Assembly: GCA_021107795.1 (NCBI GenBank)
Contig: JAIOSB010000029.1
Coordinates: forward strand, 1 to 43,039
Direction of reading: 5' to 3'
Length of the DNA stretch: 43,039 nt
Source: a bacterium
GTDB lineage: Bacteria > Patescibacteriota > Dojkabacteria > SC72
Shown here one piece after another: positions 18,017 to 27,716 of this stretch (position 1 is its first letter; each line of letters begins with the position of its first letter). Both the position numbers and the translations under genes were made by a program. The notes under the pieces were generated by a model that searched no databases, was not told the origin of the DNA, and saw only the letters and a program-made list of their open reading frames with translations.

Positions 18017-18093
18017 TGGTGGGAGTAGATGGGCTTGAACCATCGACCTCGGCTTTATAAGAACCGTGCTCTAACCACCTGAGCTATACTCCC
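18017..18093 (-). tRNA. tRNA-Ile, anticodon UAU
   Basis: Reverse complement folds as GGGAGTA TA GCTC AGGTGGTTA GAGC A CGGTT CT-TAT-AA AGCCG AGGTC GATGG TTCAAGC CCATC TACTCCC A CCA; 77 nt, A73, encoded CCA. Confidence 0.93.
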
Positions 18094-18103
18094 ATACCCT
18101 GTG

Positions 18104-18112
18104 ATTTTACCA
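18104..18112 (-). promoter_or_regulatory. Putative extended -10 element (TGgTAAAAT) for tRNA-Ile
   Basis: Lies 10 nt upstream of the mature tRNA 5' end. Confidence 0.5.
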
Positions 18113-18126
18113 AAAAAGCCCTTAAA

Positions 18127-20646
18127 CTAAAACCCCATTGGAGGAAAACCCCCACTCTTAGGAACAGGCTTCACCTCTTTGTCTAAATCTGCCCTCCTAC
18201 TAATATCAGCATTAACCACATTAACATCCCTACCATACCTAGTCCTAGAAAGATTCTTAATAAGGGCAGAAGCCTCCTTATTAACCGTCATATCAAACCC
18301 AGACATAGGATACTCCTTACCATACAAAGTATTAAGCGAAAAAGGACCCGGATAGTTACCACTACTAAGCATCTTCACATAGTAATGACCCAAACCCTGA
18401 TTAATTAAATCCCCAGAGGTAAGTATAGGGTCAAACTGAGGCTCTAAAAACTGCCCATCCTCTGCACTACACCTAGCAACAAACAAAGAACCCACATTAC
18501 CAAACACAGCATCCTTAATATTATCCGGTAACTGACCAATATACTGATGAGCCATTGTTAAATTCAAACGATACTTCCTAGCCTCAGACAATATTGAACA
18601 AAAATCATCCGTTGCAAAATTCTGAAACTCATCAGCATAGAAAAAGAAATCCTTCCTCTGACTCTCATCAACATCCTGCCTACTAAGTGCAGCCGCCAAC
18701 ATCTTCTGTACCAACAAAAGACCTACAAAAGACATATTCTCTTCACCAAGTACACCCTTAGAAAGATTAATAATGAGAATCTTCTGATTATCCATTACAT
18801 CCCTAAAATCAAAAGAAGATTGAGACTGACCAATGATATTTCTAATAGCTAAGTTGGTTGTAAACTTATCAAACTTAGAAATAAAGTAACCCAAACTCTC
18901 AGACTTAGTCTTCTGATCAGTCTTAGCAACCTGATCTACCCAATACCTCTTTACCATCTCATCCTTGATGATAGGCAACCACTTATCCTTAACCCACTGC
19001 TCATCCTGCAAAACACGCACAACCTCGATAAGAGTAGAACCCTCCTCAGACATAACAGTAAGCATAGAATTCCTTACAGCCTGCTGCATCATAGGGCCAA
19101 CATACCCCTGATTATGTGGATCAAACATACGAATAAGTAATGCAATAAAACTATTCACTACCTGATGCTTATGCTGCTCATTGTAATACTCCATAATATT
19201 TAAACCGAAAGGTCGTTCAAAATCCCCTGCATTGAAATAGATAACATCCTCTACCCTCTCAGGAGGTATTCTCTCTAAAACCATCTCAGCAGTCTCACCG
19301 TGAGGATCAATAAAACAAACACCATCACCATTATAAATATCCTGCACTATCATCCTAGTCAAAAGCCAAGACTTACCAGTACCAGTCTGACCAAGAATAT
19401 ATGAATGCCTACGCCTATCTACCCTATCAAAACAAACCCTCTGCACCTTTCCCCTATACTCATTATTCCCCATCCATATTGTATCTATACTGTTAATATC
19501 CTGACTAATCTCATTAGACGCAGGTATCGCCCTAGAAAGTAGCCAATGAATATTAGGAGTAGTAATATCCTTGTTAGGAAAATGATACAAAGCAGCAAGC
19601 TCTTCAATATTTAACACACTCTTACAATCCAAAGGAGTCTTCCTGTAGATAACATCGTGCATAAACTCATCCCTCTCTCCCTTCTTGACCTTTTTCTTCT
19701 TAAGCTTGTTAATCCCAGGATTACTAAACTGACTAAACGCACCTACAATATTATCCAAATGCATCTTAACCAACTCCTTGCTAGGAGCACTCGCTACAAT
19801 ACGAATATCTGTAAGAAAACCAACCTTAGATATCTTCTTACTAATATCCTGCATCTTCTCTTGAGAAACATCAATCCTTTTCTTCTCGGGATCTGCATTA
19901 TTAGACTCAACCTTACTCACAAACTTCTCACCATTCTTTCTCCACTTACTACCTGCAGGAGACATCACAATCTGAATCATTGCACCCTCTCCATCAGACA
20001 TCTTACTCAAGGTACTTAGAATATTTGAAAGAGGATCGCCCTGAAAATCTTCCGCAACCCTAATTGGACAATAACTTTCTTCTTCTAGCTCTAACCTAGC
20101 AAATTCCACACATGCACCCTTATCAAATATATTGTAATCATTCACCTGCTTAACATCAGCATCTTGATATGATCCTAGTATCTGTTTTTCTACTAATTCA
20201 GACAAATTCTTCGGACAATGTACATAGAAACGCAATTCTCCGGGTACAGCCATTATCTCAAAACTAATAGAGTTGTTTACAGTAAAGTTCTCAGCCAATC
20301 CCTTACCTCTTCCTCCTATACTTGCTAAATTAGCAAACATCTTCTCAGCCTCCCCTATCTCTATCTCATTGTTTCTGGGTACTCTTACTTCATAGAGTGT
20401 CCACTTACTTGCTTTTTCATCTCTATCTTTTTTCTCTAATTTCTTTTTTAAGATAAAGAAGATAGTAACTACCATACCAAGAAAACAGAAAAGAAAGATT
20501 ATCCAACCCCATGGGTTATTTATATCATTAACATTGTAAGAATCATTGGAATACTCTGTCTGCGTACCCGGTTGTACAGCATCAGAGGAAGGTATAGGGC
20601 CTACTTGTGCAAATATCTCATCATTAAATATATATTCAGTACTCAT
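18127..20646 (-). CDS. VirD4/TraD/HerA-like P-loop ATPase (type IV secretion coupling-protein-like) with an N-terminal membrane anchor
   Basis: TM helix; DRRRHSYILGQTGTGKS (Walker A); FIDPHG; FFYADEFQNF (Walker B); LSEARKYRLNLTMAHQY. Confidence 0.88.
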   Translation of the reverse strand: MSTEYIFNDEIFAQVGPIPSSDAVQPGTQTEYSNDSYNVNDINNPWGWIIFLFCFLGMVVTIFFILKKKLEKKDRDEKASKWTLYEVRVPRNNEIEIGEAEKMFANLASIGGRGKGLAENFTVNNSISFEIMAVPGELRFYVHCPKNLSELVEKQILGSYQDADVKQVNDYNIFDKGACVEFARLELEEESYCPIRVAEDFQGDPLSNILSTLSKMSDGEGAMIQIVMSPAGSKWRKNGEKFVSKVESNNADPEKKRIDVSQEKMQDISKKISKVGFLTDIRIVASAPSKELVKMHLDNIVGAFSQFSNPGINKLKKKKVKKGERDEFMHDVIYRKTPLDCKSVLNIEELAALYHFPNKDITTPNIHWLLSRAIPASNEISQDINSIDTIWMGNNEYRGKVQRVCFDRVDRRRHSYILGQTGTGKSWLLTRMIVQDIYNGDGVCFIDPHGETAEMVLERIPPERVEDVIYFNAGDFERPFGLNIMEYYNEQHKHQVVNSFIALLIRMFDPHNQGYVGPMMQQAVRNSMLTVMSEEGSTLIEVVRVLQDEQWVKDKWLPIIKDEMVKRYWVDQVAKTDQKTKSESLGYFISKFDKFTTNLAIRNIIGQSQSSFDFRDVMDNQKILIINLSKGVLGEENMSFVGLLLVQKMLAAALSRQDVDESQRKDFFFYADEFQNFATDDFCSILSEARKYRLNLTMAHQYIGQLPDNIKDAVFGNVGSLFVARCSAEDGQFLEPQFDPILTSGDLINQGLGHYYVKMLSSGNYPGPFSLNTLYGKEYPMSGFDMTVNKEASALIKNLSRTRYGRDVNVVNADISRRADLDKEVKPVPKSGGFPPMGF

Positions 20647-20686
20647 ATTGAGTACAGTTTAGCATAGAAAAAGGAAGTTGAGAATT

Positions 20687-20989
20687 TTATTTGTAACCTA
20701 CAGAGATAGAAGCACCACCACGTTTTCTATCTAATATCCCTCTAAAAGAGGTTGGTGGTATAGAGGAGTTAAGCTCTTGTAAAGGAATTCGTGTGTCACT
20801 TACTGGTATATTTGCTTGAGCAATAGCGTCAGCACCACTTGCAATACTAAGAATGTCTTGCGGAAGCTCAGAAGGAATATCACTAGGAGAACTACCAACC
20901 ACTTCAGTAGCAGATACAGGAACCTCTGAAGTTACAGGTAAATCTCTAAGTCCTTGTTCTATTGTTTTTGGCTCTATATTATTATTCAT
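20687..20989 (-). CDS. Hypothetical Ser/Pro-rich protein
   Basis: Fills the gap co-directionally; AGGA upstream; no recognisable family. Confidence 0.6.
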   Translation of the reverse strand: MNNNIEPKTIEQGLRDLPVTSEVPVSATEVVGSSPSDIPSELPQDILSIASGADAIAQANIPVSDTRIPLQELNSSIPPTSFRGILDRKRGGASISVGYK

Positions 20990-21000
20990 ATCCTATAACA

Positions 21001-21444
21001 TTATACCATGTATTTCCTCTTGACTCTAGCCATATCCCTCTTTACATCCCTATCCTTCTCTACATTCTTCTTCTCATGCTTCCTCTTACCCTTCCCCAAT
21101 CCTACTTGAACCTTAATTAGATTCCTAGTGGTATATATACTCACAGGTATTAAAGTCAACCTCCCCTGCTTAAGCTTCCTCTCCAACTGATCTATCTCCC
21201 TCCTCTTTACAAGCAACTTCCTACTCCTTGCACTATCGTAATCAACATTACCATCATATTTATACTTAGCAATATCCGCATTCACCAACCAAAGCTGATT
21301 ATCAAAAATCTTAACATACGCATCAGAGAGATTACACCTACCACTCCGTATAGATTTAACCTCAGCACCAGTTAAGACAATACCAGCCTCAAAGGTGTCT
21401 TTAATATCATAATTGAAATATGCTTTCTTATTAGTAATTTTCAT
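21001..21444 (-). CDS. smpB: SsrA-binding protein SmpB
   Basis: NKKAYFNY...FEAGIVLTGAEVKSIR, RSRKLL, GKGKRKHEKK. Confidence 0.97.
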   Translation of the reverse strand: MKITNKKAYFNYDIKDTFEAGIVLTGAEVKSIRSGRCNLSDAYVKIFDNQLWLVNADIAKYKYDGNVDYDSARSRKLLVKRREIDQLERKLKQGRLTLIPVSIYTTRNLIKVQVGLGKGKRKHEKKNVEKDRDVKRDMARVKRKYMV

Positions 21445-21455
21445 ACATGATTATA

Positions 21456-23585
21456 CTACAAACCCATTCTCCATACAGTATGATCATCAAGAATATACAT
21501 ATACTCCTCACTCCTATCGACAACAATATCCTTCACATCACTCCACATAGCCTCATTGGGACCCCTATACACATACTGATTAAGAAGAACTAATTGATCA
21601 GGATGTAACTTATCATTGTAAGAATCCTTCGGCTTTTCAAACCTCAACACTCTCCTATTCGTACTATCAAATACATACAAACCAAAATCTTGATTTACGG
21701 TAGTATCACCACAGCACAAATTCCCAAGCTCCCCCTCTATACCCAACAACTCTATTGGTCTAGGCTCACCAGCAGTATATCTCAAAATACCCTCATTACC
21801 AGACGCAAGAGCATAGATACTAAAATCTGCGAAAAAGTCAGTAGTACCCACAAGACCAGAATCTTCTACAGACTTAACAGTACTACTACTATATCCAGTA
21901 CCATAGTTGACACTCTTTGAAATCTTCCCGCTAACACTATCAAGGTAGTACAAATTATCACCATATACACCAAACTCAACAACCTCATCAATCTTAATAT
22001 TACTAATACCAGCACCTGTAATCTTTCTGAAAGAACCCCAACCACTATCCTGCTTAGATGCTTTCACTACTCCAGATACAGAGTCATATATGAAGATACT
22101 AGAATCCTCCCCAAGATCTACAAACATTGGCTCTTTTAAGAGACTATCCTCATCTGTTATCTGCTCCTTCTCTTTGGAGAAAATAGAGACACGATATACC
22201 TTACTCATTCCCTTATCAGTTACAACCAAGACCTCGTTACCAGACTCATCCAAGAGATACTTTATATCCTCTACCTCAGAATTCTCCTCAAAGAAACCAA
22301 CCAAAGATTCTGGAAGAACCACAACCCTTTTATACAAACTATCCTCTATCTCCAAGACATCCTCTTCAAGAGCATTTAACCTATCAATATATTCCTGCTC
22401 TATACCATCAGGAACTTGAGCAAGAAGAGAATTAGCAGAGAAGATTAATACCTCAGCCCCTTCCCTATCCGTACTCAATTTCTCTTTAGCACTACTTAAC
22501 TTACTCTCTACTTCTTCAAATTTCTCGTCAGCCAAAGAATGTAAATCTCTTAACTCCTGCTGTTGCCTTGTATATTGATAGCCCCCTACAAGAACTACAA
22601 CAGCTAAGGTGGCTAATATCACTACCTTAAACCTCTTGACCTTCTCATTCTTCACCCTATACCCATCTATCCTCACATTCAGTTTCCTCGCCTTCCCCAA
22701 CCTTTTCTCGGAGAGCTTCGCAGCATATTTCTTGAACCATATCTTGTTACCCAGTTTACTCCCTACATACCCTTTTACTTTAGAAAAATAGTTCTTAACA
22801 ATTCCTCCTACTTTCTTAAACCAACTCAAAACATCTACTACATATTTCTTCAGTCCTAATTTCTTCACTTTAGGTTTAACTACACTTGGTACAATTACTG
22901 GAGGAGCACTCTCTACACTCTCCTCCACTACTGGCTCTAATTTCTTCTTCTCACTCTCTCCAGTATGAAGACATAGCATACCTTGATCTGGAAGTAGTGT
23001 CTTACCCAATATGCTTAACCCTTTTAATATCTCTTCCCTACCACTTTTACCAACTAACAGATGCATATTTTCACTAAGCAAAGAGGTAGTAGAAACAACA
23101 ACAAGGTCATCCTCATCTACAGAAAAACCAGCTGTCTGAGCCTTGCTTTTCTCTAAAACATCAATGATGTTTACAATCTTCCCTCCCTTGTAAACAAATA
23201 TCTCATTCTCTCCCAAGTTAGCTAAATATATTCCCTCTTTTGTAGGAGCAATGATTACAAGACTAATATCTATCCCTGACTGCTCCAAACTTTTACTGTT
23301 ACGCATCAATTCTTTCAATCTTCGTGTAAATTCTACAATAGCTGTCTTAAGAGATTCTGAAACAGATTTTGTACTGGAATACATATATCCTTCTACAACA
23401 CCATCCCATGCCATATGGGCTACTCTCTCTGCTGGGAAGTCTTGGTCACTAGAGATTTCTAAGAGAGCGTATAGTTCTCCTTCTTTTATAGATTTAACCC
23501 CAGAAGTTTTTACATATCTAAACACTCCAACAAAGGAGTTCCCTTTCTTACTATTACGAATATATTTTACGGAAGTAACTGACAT
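21456..23585 (-). CDS. Membrane protein: degenerate PP2C-like cytoplasmic domain, TM helix, coiled coil, extracellular beta-propeller
   Basis: IYLANLGENEIFVYKGG resembles the PP2C fold; TM at about aa 321-337; NHL-like blades (LYVFDSTNRRVLRF, IFIYDS). Confidence 0.7.
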   Translation of the reverse strand: MSVTSVKYIRNSKKGNSFVGVFRYVKTSGVKSIKEGELYALLEISSDQDFPAERVAHMAWDGVVEGYMYSSTKSVSESLKTAIVEFTRRLKELMRNSKSLEQSGIDISLVIIAPTKEGIYLANLGENEIFVYKGGKIVNIIDVLEKSKAQTAGFSVDEDDLVVVSTTSLLSENMHLLVGKSGREEILKGLSILGKTLLPDQGMLCLHTGESEKKKLEPVVEESVESAPPVIVPSVVKPKVKKLGLKKYVVDVLSWFKKVGGIVKNYFSKVKGYVGSKLGNKIWFKKYAAKLSEKRLGKARKLNVRIDGYRVKNEKVKRFKVVILATLAVVVLVGGYQYTRQQQELRDLHSLADEKFEEVESKLSSAKEKLSTDREGAEVLIFSANSLLAQVPDGIEQEYIDRLNALEEDVLEIEDSLYKRVVVLPESLVGFFEENSEVEDIKYLLDESGNEVLVVTDKGMSKVYRVSIFSKEKEQITDEDSLLKEPMFVDLGEDSSIFIYDSVSGVVKASKQDSGWGSFRKITGAGISNIKIDEVVEFGVYGDNLYYLDSVSGKISKSVNYGTGYSSSTVKSVEDSGLVGTTDFFADFSIYALASGNEGILRYTAGEPRPIELLGIEGELGNLCCGDTTVNQDFGLYVFDSTNRRVLRFEKPKDSYNDKLHPDQLVLLNQYVYRGPNEAMWSDVKDIVVDRSEEYMYILDDHTVWRMGL

Positions 23586-23594
23586 ACAACTACC

Positions 23595-23849
23595 TTAGAG
23601 TAGAATTAATATGAATGCTAATATCCCTCCTGCTGCAGATACAAGAATATTGATTGTAATAGCTAATTTCATAGTATCTTTTCTTGCAATGGAGACAGTG
23701 TCTTTGAGTACTCGGACTTTAAGAAGAAGCATAAAGGCGTAAAAGACGATTGCGAAGAGAGCAATCCCTACAAGCAATTTAATTGCTCCTCCTGCAAGGG
23801 AAAAACCTAAGTTAAAATCTGTGTACATACTTGTATATTCAATATCCAT
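23595..23849 (-). CDS. Small two-TM membrane protein (DUF5657-like)
   Basis: GGAGGA RBS; two hydrophobic helices; family name by recall only. Confidence 0.7.
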   Translation of the reverse strand: MDIEYTSMYTDFNLGFSLAGGAIKLLVGIALFAIVFYAFMLLLKVRVLKDTVSIARKDTMKLAITINILVSAAGGILAFILILL

Positions 23850-23857
23850 ATTCCTCC

Positions 23858-24475
23858 TTACAACTTCCCGTTATGGGTAAGTTCTACTAAATTATCAATA
23901 ACGTCTTGGACATCCCTTGGGTTTTGTACCAATGGAAGTTTTAGATCAATATCTGCACCTGCAGTATCAATATATATGGTTCCAAGATCAAAGATTGAGC
24001 TAAGTGCTCCTACACTGTCATGACTAATATCCTGAACTTTTCTCCAGAGGATTTCTGTATAGTTGTGATGAAAAACGTTTGCAACAGTTAGTGTAACAAT
24101 CTTTTTGTCTGTAATGATTGAGACATTGTAATACCATTGTAGAAAGGTGGTAACCAAGATATTTGTAGATAGCACTAGAGAGGTGACAAAGAGTCCCAAG
24201 TACAGGGTGATACCTACAGAGTCATTGTGAGGAAGGAATAGGAGGATAAAGGGTATTAGGGGGATTATGAGGGCAATAAGTACGTGAGATATATAAGCAA
24301 TCCAATGTCTTCGAACAACAAGTAGAACTTCTTCATCTTGTTCTTTTCTTGAAAACTCCACATTGCTAGGAAAAGGAGTTAGGGTTTTATCTTTCTCTTT
24401 CTCATCTACAAGAGTTCTAAAAAAGGTAAAATCTTTATCTCTAAACTTTTTTGGGACGTTTGTTTTCTGTGCCAT
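23858..24475 (-). CDS. Bacterial PH-domain (bPH_2-like) membrane protein
   Basis: EEVLLVVRRHW, two TMs, WYYNVSIITDKKIV, VQDIS, IFDLGTIYIDTAG. Confidence 0.85.
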   Translation of the reverse strand: MAQKTNVPKKFRDKDFTFFRTLVDEKEKDKTLTPFPSNVEFSRKEQDEEVLLVVRRHWIAYISHVLIALIIPLIPFILLFLPHNDSVGITLYLGLFVTSLVLSTNILVTTFLQWYYNVSIITDKKIVTLTVANVFHHNYTEILWRKVQDISHDSVGALSSIFDLGTIYIDTAGADIDLKLPLVQNPRDVQDVIDNLVELTHNGKL

Positions 24476-24544
24476 AGTGTATATTAAGATATCACAGAAC
24501 TAGCTTAAGGACAAGGAATTGTTGGAATAGTTTGTACTTATCTC

Positions 24545-26410
24545 TTACGGTTTCTTCTCAACATTGACATGTACAAACCCACTCTGAGGAATTCTTAAAT
24601 GACCAGGAGCTCTCATATTGTAAATTGTCTTAAAATCATTACCGCTCATAGAGAAAGATCCTGCATTAGTATAGAAAGTGACATTACTTGTAGACCCTCC
24701 ACCATTACTCGTCACTGCCATAGATACAGAAGTAACAGGTTTAGCAGCTAAGTTTCTTAACTCAGAATGAGAGTAAGGATTCGCTCCTGACGGAGGATTC
24801 CCCCTCAAACGACATGGATCGTTGATAGTGATAGGGACGATTCTACTATCGCTCCTGTTGTGTGCAACCCATACTTGATATGCATTTACAATGTCTGACA
24901 TCTCCGCTTGGGTTAGCCATGGATTTCTATAACAGCTGTCCCAGTTCACCGTATTCCCATAGGTATATGAATATCTATACCACGTCTTGTAGAACCAAGA
25001 CACTCCAGAAATACTGTCATACGCATTAGCCATCCAATCACCATTACCATTGCCATTGGTAGTATCCCAACCAGATGTATTACTCCATCCACCATGTACA
25101 GCTGCGTATTGTGTAGAAACAGGATTACCAGCACCATCTGTTAAAATTTGACCCCGGGTTTCATTTATCGCCTGAACCCAAGCACCTGTATAATGACTAC
25201 TACTGTAAACTTGACAAGACTGGGTTGCACAAATAGAACTTGCCCCATTATTAGTTCGACGTACTGCATATGTACGAGCAGCAATAACTTGAGCTTTCAA
25301 GACATCCATATCACCAGCTACATTCCAAGCACCATTTATCTCCCTGATACCATGCAAGTAAGAATCTTCAAAACTCATTGTGCCATAACCATCTACTGTA
25401 ATATTCTCCATGATATTCCTTGAGCTTCCGTTTATTACCACAGTACCAGTTCTAGTTTGAGTACCAGGATAGTATGCATCCAAAATCGTACTATATGATT
25501 GACCTGCATCATCACGAGCTTTTGCCCCCCACTGACTCATACCATTCCTATGCGTATAAGCTCCAATTGAAAACACCCCAAATGTATTGCTGGGTGCATT
25601 AGCCATAAAACCAGCTAAAGAGCCATTAACATCCGAACTACTTGCAGGTACAGAATTAATATTTACATTAGTACCACCCTGCCTTACTATCAACAATTGA
25701 TACTGCAAATCAGACAACTCTGCCTTCAAGCCATTCACTGTTCTACTAACTAAATCCCTACTATTATACTTCTCATTCAACTCACTCTCTAACTTCTTTT
25801 TCTCTGCCATCAAAAGATCATACGAAGCATCTAACTCCTCTCTTTGACCATCAAGCTCCTTTTTTTCATCATCCAACTCTCGTTTAAGTACATTCAAATC
25901 ATCAAACTCTCCAGTAATCTCTGAAATCTCATCCTTTAATACCGTTATTGCAGTCCTCTTTACAAAAAATGTCTGCATCTTCTCCTCCATACGGCTGTTT
26001 GAGAAAATGAACTCTATAGAACCTACTCTACTTTCCATATATAGCTGGCTGGACACTGAAGAAAGAGAACCCTTTTTCTTAAGAAGAACCTCTTCCTTAG
26101 CCTCTATCTCCTCTAACTTCTCATCAATCTCTGCATCCTTCTCATCAATGATCTCTTGCATATCCCCTATCTCACTACTCAAGAGAGCAATCTGTTGAGA
26201 AACAGAATAGTTGCTATTAGTAATCTCAGAAATCCTAGCCTCAATACTTTCCAACAAAGACTCATTCTCCTCTATCTCATCCTGCGTATTCTCTATATCA
26301 TTCTCTAAATCATCCTCAGCACCAGAGTGCACAAAACTATATTGCGAAAAGAAAAAGAAAGAGAGGATTATAACCAGAAAGGAAAGTTGTAATATTGGCA
26401 GTTTTCTCAT
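24545..26410 (-). CDS. SpoIID/LytB-domain peptidoglycan lytic transglycosylase with a long N-terminal coiled coil
   Basis: Signal/TM; coiled coil; HRNGMSQWGA...YSTILDAYYPG; YLHGIRE...LKAQVIAARTYA; ICATQSCQVY. Confidence 0.88.
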   Translation of the reverse strand: MRKLPILQLSFLVIILSFFFFSQYSFVHSGAEDDLENDIENTQDEIEENESLLESIEARISEITNSNYSVSQQIALLSSEIGDMQEIIDEKDAEIDEKLEEIEAKEEVLLKKKGSLSSVSSQLYMESRVGSIEFIFSNSRMEEKMQTFFVKRTAITVLKDEISEITGEFDDLNVLKRELDDEKKELDGQREELDASYDLLMAEKKKLESELNEKYNSRDLVSRTVNGLKAELSDLQYQLLIVRQGGTNVNINSVPASSSDVNGSLAGFMANAPSNTFGVFSIGAYTHRNGMSQWGAKARDDAGQSYSTILDAYYPGTQTRTGTVVINGSSRNIMENITVDGYGTMSFEDSYLHGIREINGAWNVAGDMDVLKAQVIAARTYAVRRTNNGASSICATQSCQVYSSSHYTGAWVQAINETRGQILTDGAGNPVSTQYAAVHGGWSNTSGWDTTNGNGNGDWMANAYDSISGVSWFYKTWYRYSYTYGNTVNWDSCYRNPWLTQAEMSDIVNAYQVWVAHNRSDSRIVPITINDPCRLRGNPPSGANPYSHSELRNLAAKPVTSVSMAVTSNGGGSTSNVTFYTNAGSFSMSGNDFKTIYNMRAPGHLRIPQSGFVHVNVEKKP

Positions 26411-26422
26411 TACCCCATTATC

Positions 26423-26683
26423 CTACATTCCTACTATGTAATCAACAAGCCCCCGAATCAACATACCAATTAAGAGAAGAACTACTAAACCAATGATAGC
26501 CCATGTTAAAGTTGCTTGTGCCTGTTGAATCTTTTCAGGATTTCCAGCAGAAGTCATCCACTTATATCCAGAGAGGATGATCATAACGACTGCAAGAAGA
26601 ATACCAACAGGAACAATACTGTCTATTACACCATCAAAACTACCAAACAGTTCTCCTAATTTTGGTGGAAGTGTATCCCCCAT
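26423..26683 (-). CDS. TrbC/VirB2-like pilin 5
   Basis: Hydrophobic hairpin; GYKWMTSAGNPEKIQQAQATLTWAIIGL. Confidence 0.85.
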   Translation of the reverse strand: MGDTLPPKLGELFGSFDGVIDSIVPVGILLAVVMIILSGYKWMTSAGNPEKIQQAQATLTWAIIGLVVLLLIGMLIRGLVDYIVGM

Positions 26684-26956
26684 TTATATCCCCATATTTA
26701 ATTGATCTACTACAAACTTCACTAACAAAGGTGCAATAAAAACAATAACCAGCCCTATCAATGCAAACATCAAAGACTTAGTTGCACTCTGTATCTTCTC
26801 CTCATCCCCCATTGCAAAGATATATTTGAAACCAGAAATGATTAAAGCTACAACAGCAAGCAATACAGACAAACCTACCGCATAAGTCAAAATATATTGA
26901 ACAAAAGCTTCAAGGTTTTCATACATTGTTGGATTAGTAACAATACTAAAGTCCAT
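26684..26956 (-). CDS. TrbC/VirB2-like pilin 4
   Basis: GFKYIFAMGDEEKIQSATKSLMFALIGL; GGGAG RBS. Confidence 0.85.
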   Translation of the reverse strand: MDFSIVTNPTMYENLEAFVQYILTYAVGLSVLLAVVALIISGFKYIFAMGDEEKIQSATKSLMFALIGLVIVFIAPLLVKFVVDQLNMGI

Positions 26957-26968
26957 ATAACTCCCTTC

Positions 26969-27316
26969 CTACTTTGTTACTGGTTGTCCAAGAATATCTG
27001 ATAATACAAAATTCACTAACATTACTGCTATAAAACAAATTACTAAACCAATGATTGCAAATGTCAAAGACTTTGTAGCCTTTTCAACCTTAGCCTCATC
27101 ACCAGCAGCGGTAATATACATATAACCAGAAGCAATTAAAATTGCTACACATGCTACAGCTGCAGTACCTACTGCAAAGTTAAGGGCATTTTTAACGAAA
27201 TCCCCAAGAGTTCCACTAGCTGAGGTAATCTCACCGGGATCAATCAACCCTGCTGCAGATATTGTACTAAGTGCTAGAACTGGATATGTTGCTAATGTTG
27301 CTAATATCTTTTTCAT
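26969..27316 (-). CDS. TrbC/VirB2-like pilin 3 (with signal peptide)
   Basis: MKKILATLATYPVLALSTISAA; GYMYITAAGDEAKVEKATKSLTFAIIGL. Confidence 0.85.
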   Translation of the reverse strand: MKKILATLATYPVLALSTISAAGLIDPGEITSASGTLGDFVKNALNFAVGTAAVACVAILIASGYMYITAAGDEAKVEKATKSLTFAIIGLVICFIAVMLVNFVLSDILGQPVTK

Positions 27317-27380
27317 AAATAGATAATTATAAATAATTTATATATTGGATTTTATCAAACATCACTAATTATATCAATAT

Positions 27381-27716
27381 CTAGCCAGTATAACCAATAA
27401 ATTCCAACAACCATTTAACTAACATGCCTGCAATCCATACAATAACTAAACCAATGATAGCACCCGACAATGTCTTTTGCCCCTGCTCTACCTTCTCTGG
27501 ATCACCAGCCGAAAAGATGAAAGTATATCCACCTACAATAATCATGGCAACAGCTACTACAGAACCCAAACCAATTAGAATATTAATCAAAGAGATCACA
27601 TCATTAAAGACACCCTTGATAGATAACCACTTCCACTCGACAGGGGTATCTACAGAGAATCCTCCAATAATTACAAACATCCCTCTATTTAAATACCCTT
27701 TAATTTTATTCATCAT
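27381..27716 (-). CDS. TrbC/VirB2-like pilin 2
   Basis: GGYTFIFSAGDPEKVEQGQKTLSGAIIGL. Confidence 0.85.
   Translation of the reverse strand: MMNKIKGYLNRGMFVIIGGFSVDTPVEWKWLSIKGVFNDVISLINILIGLGSVVAVAMIIVGGYTFIFSAGDPEKVEQGQKTLSGAIIGLVIVWIAGMLVKWLLEFIGYTG

Noticed and set aside
20687-21455. tmRNA (ssrA) beside smpB
   Set aside because: The flanks are coding, and no tRNA-like GGGG...CCACCA ends with a tag ORF were found.
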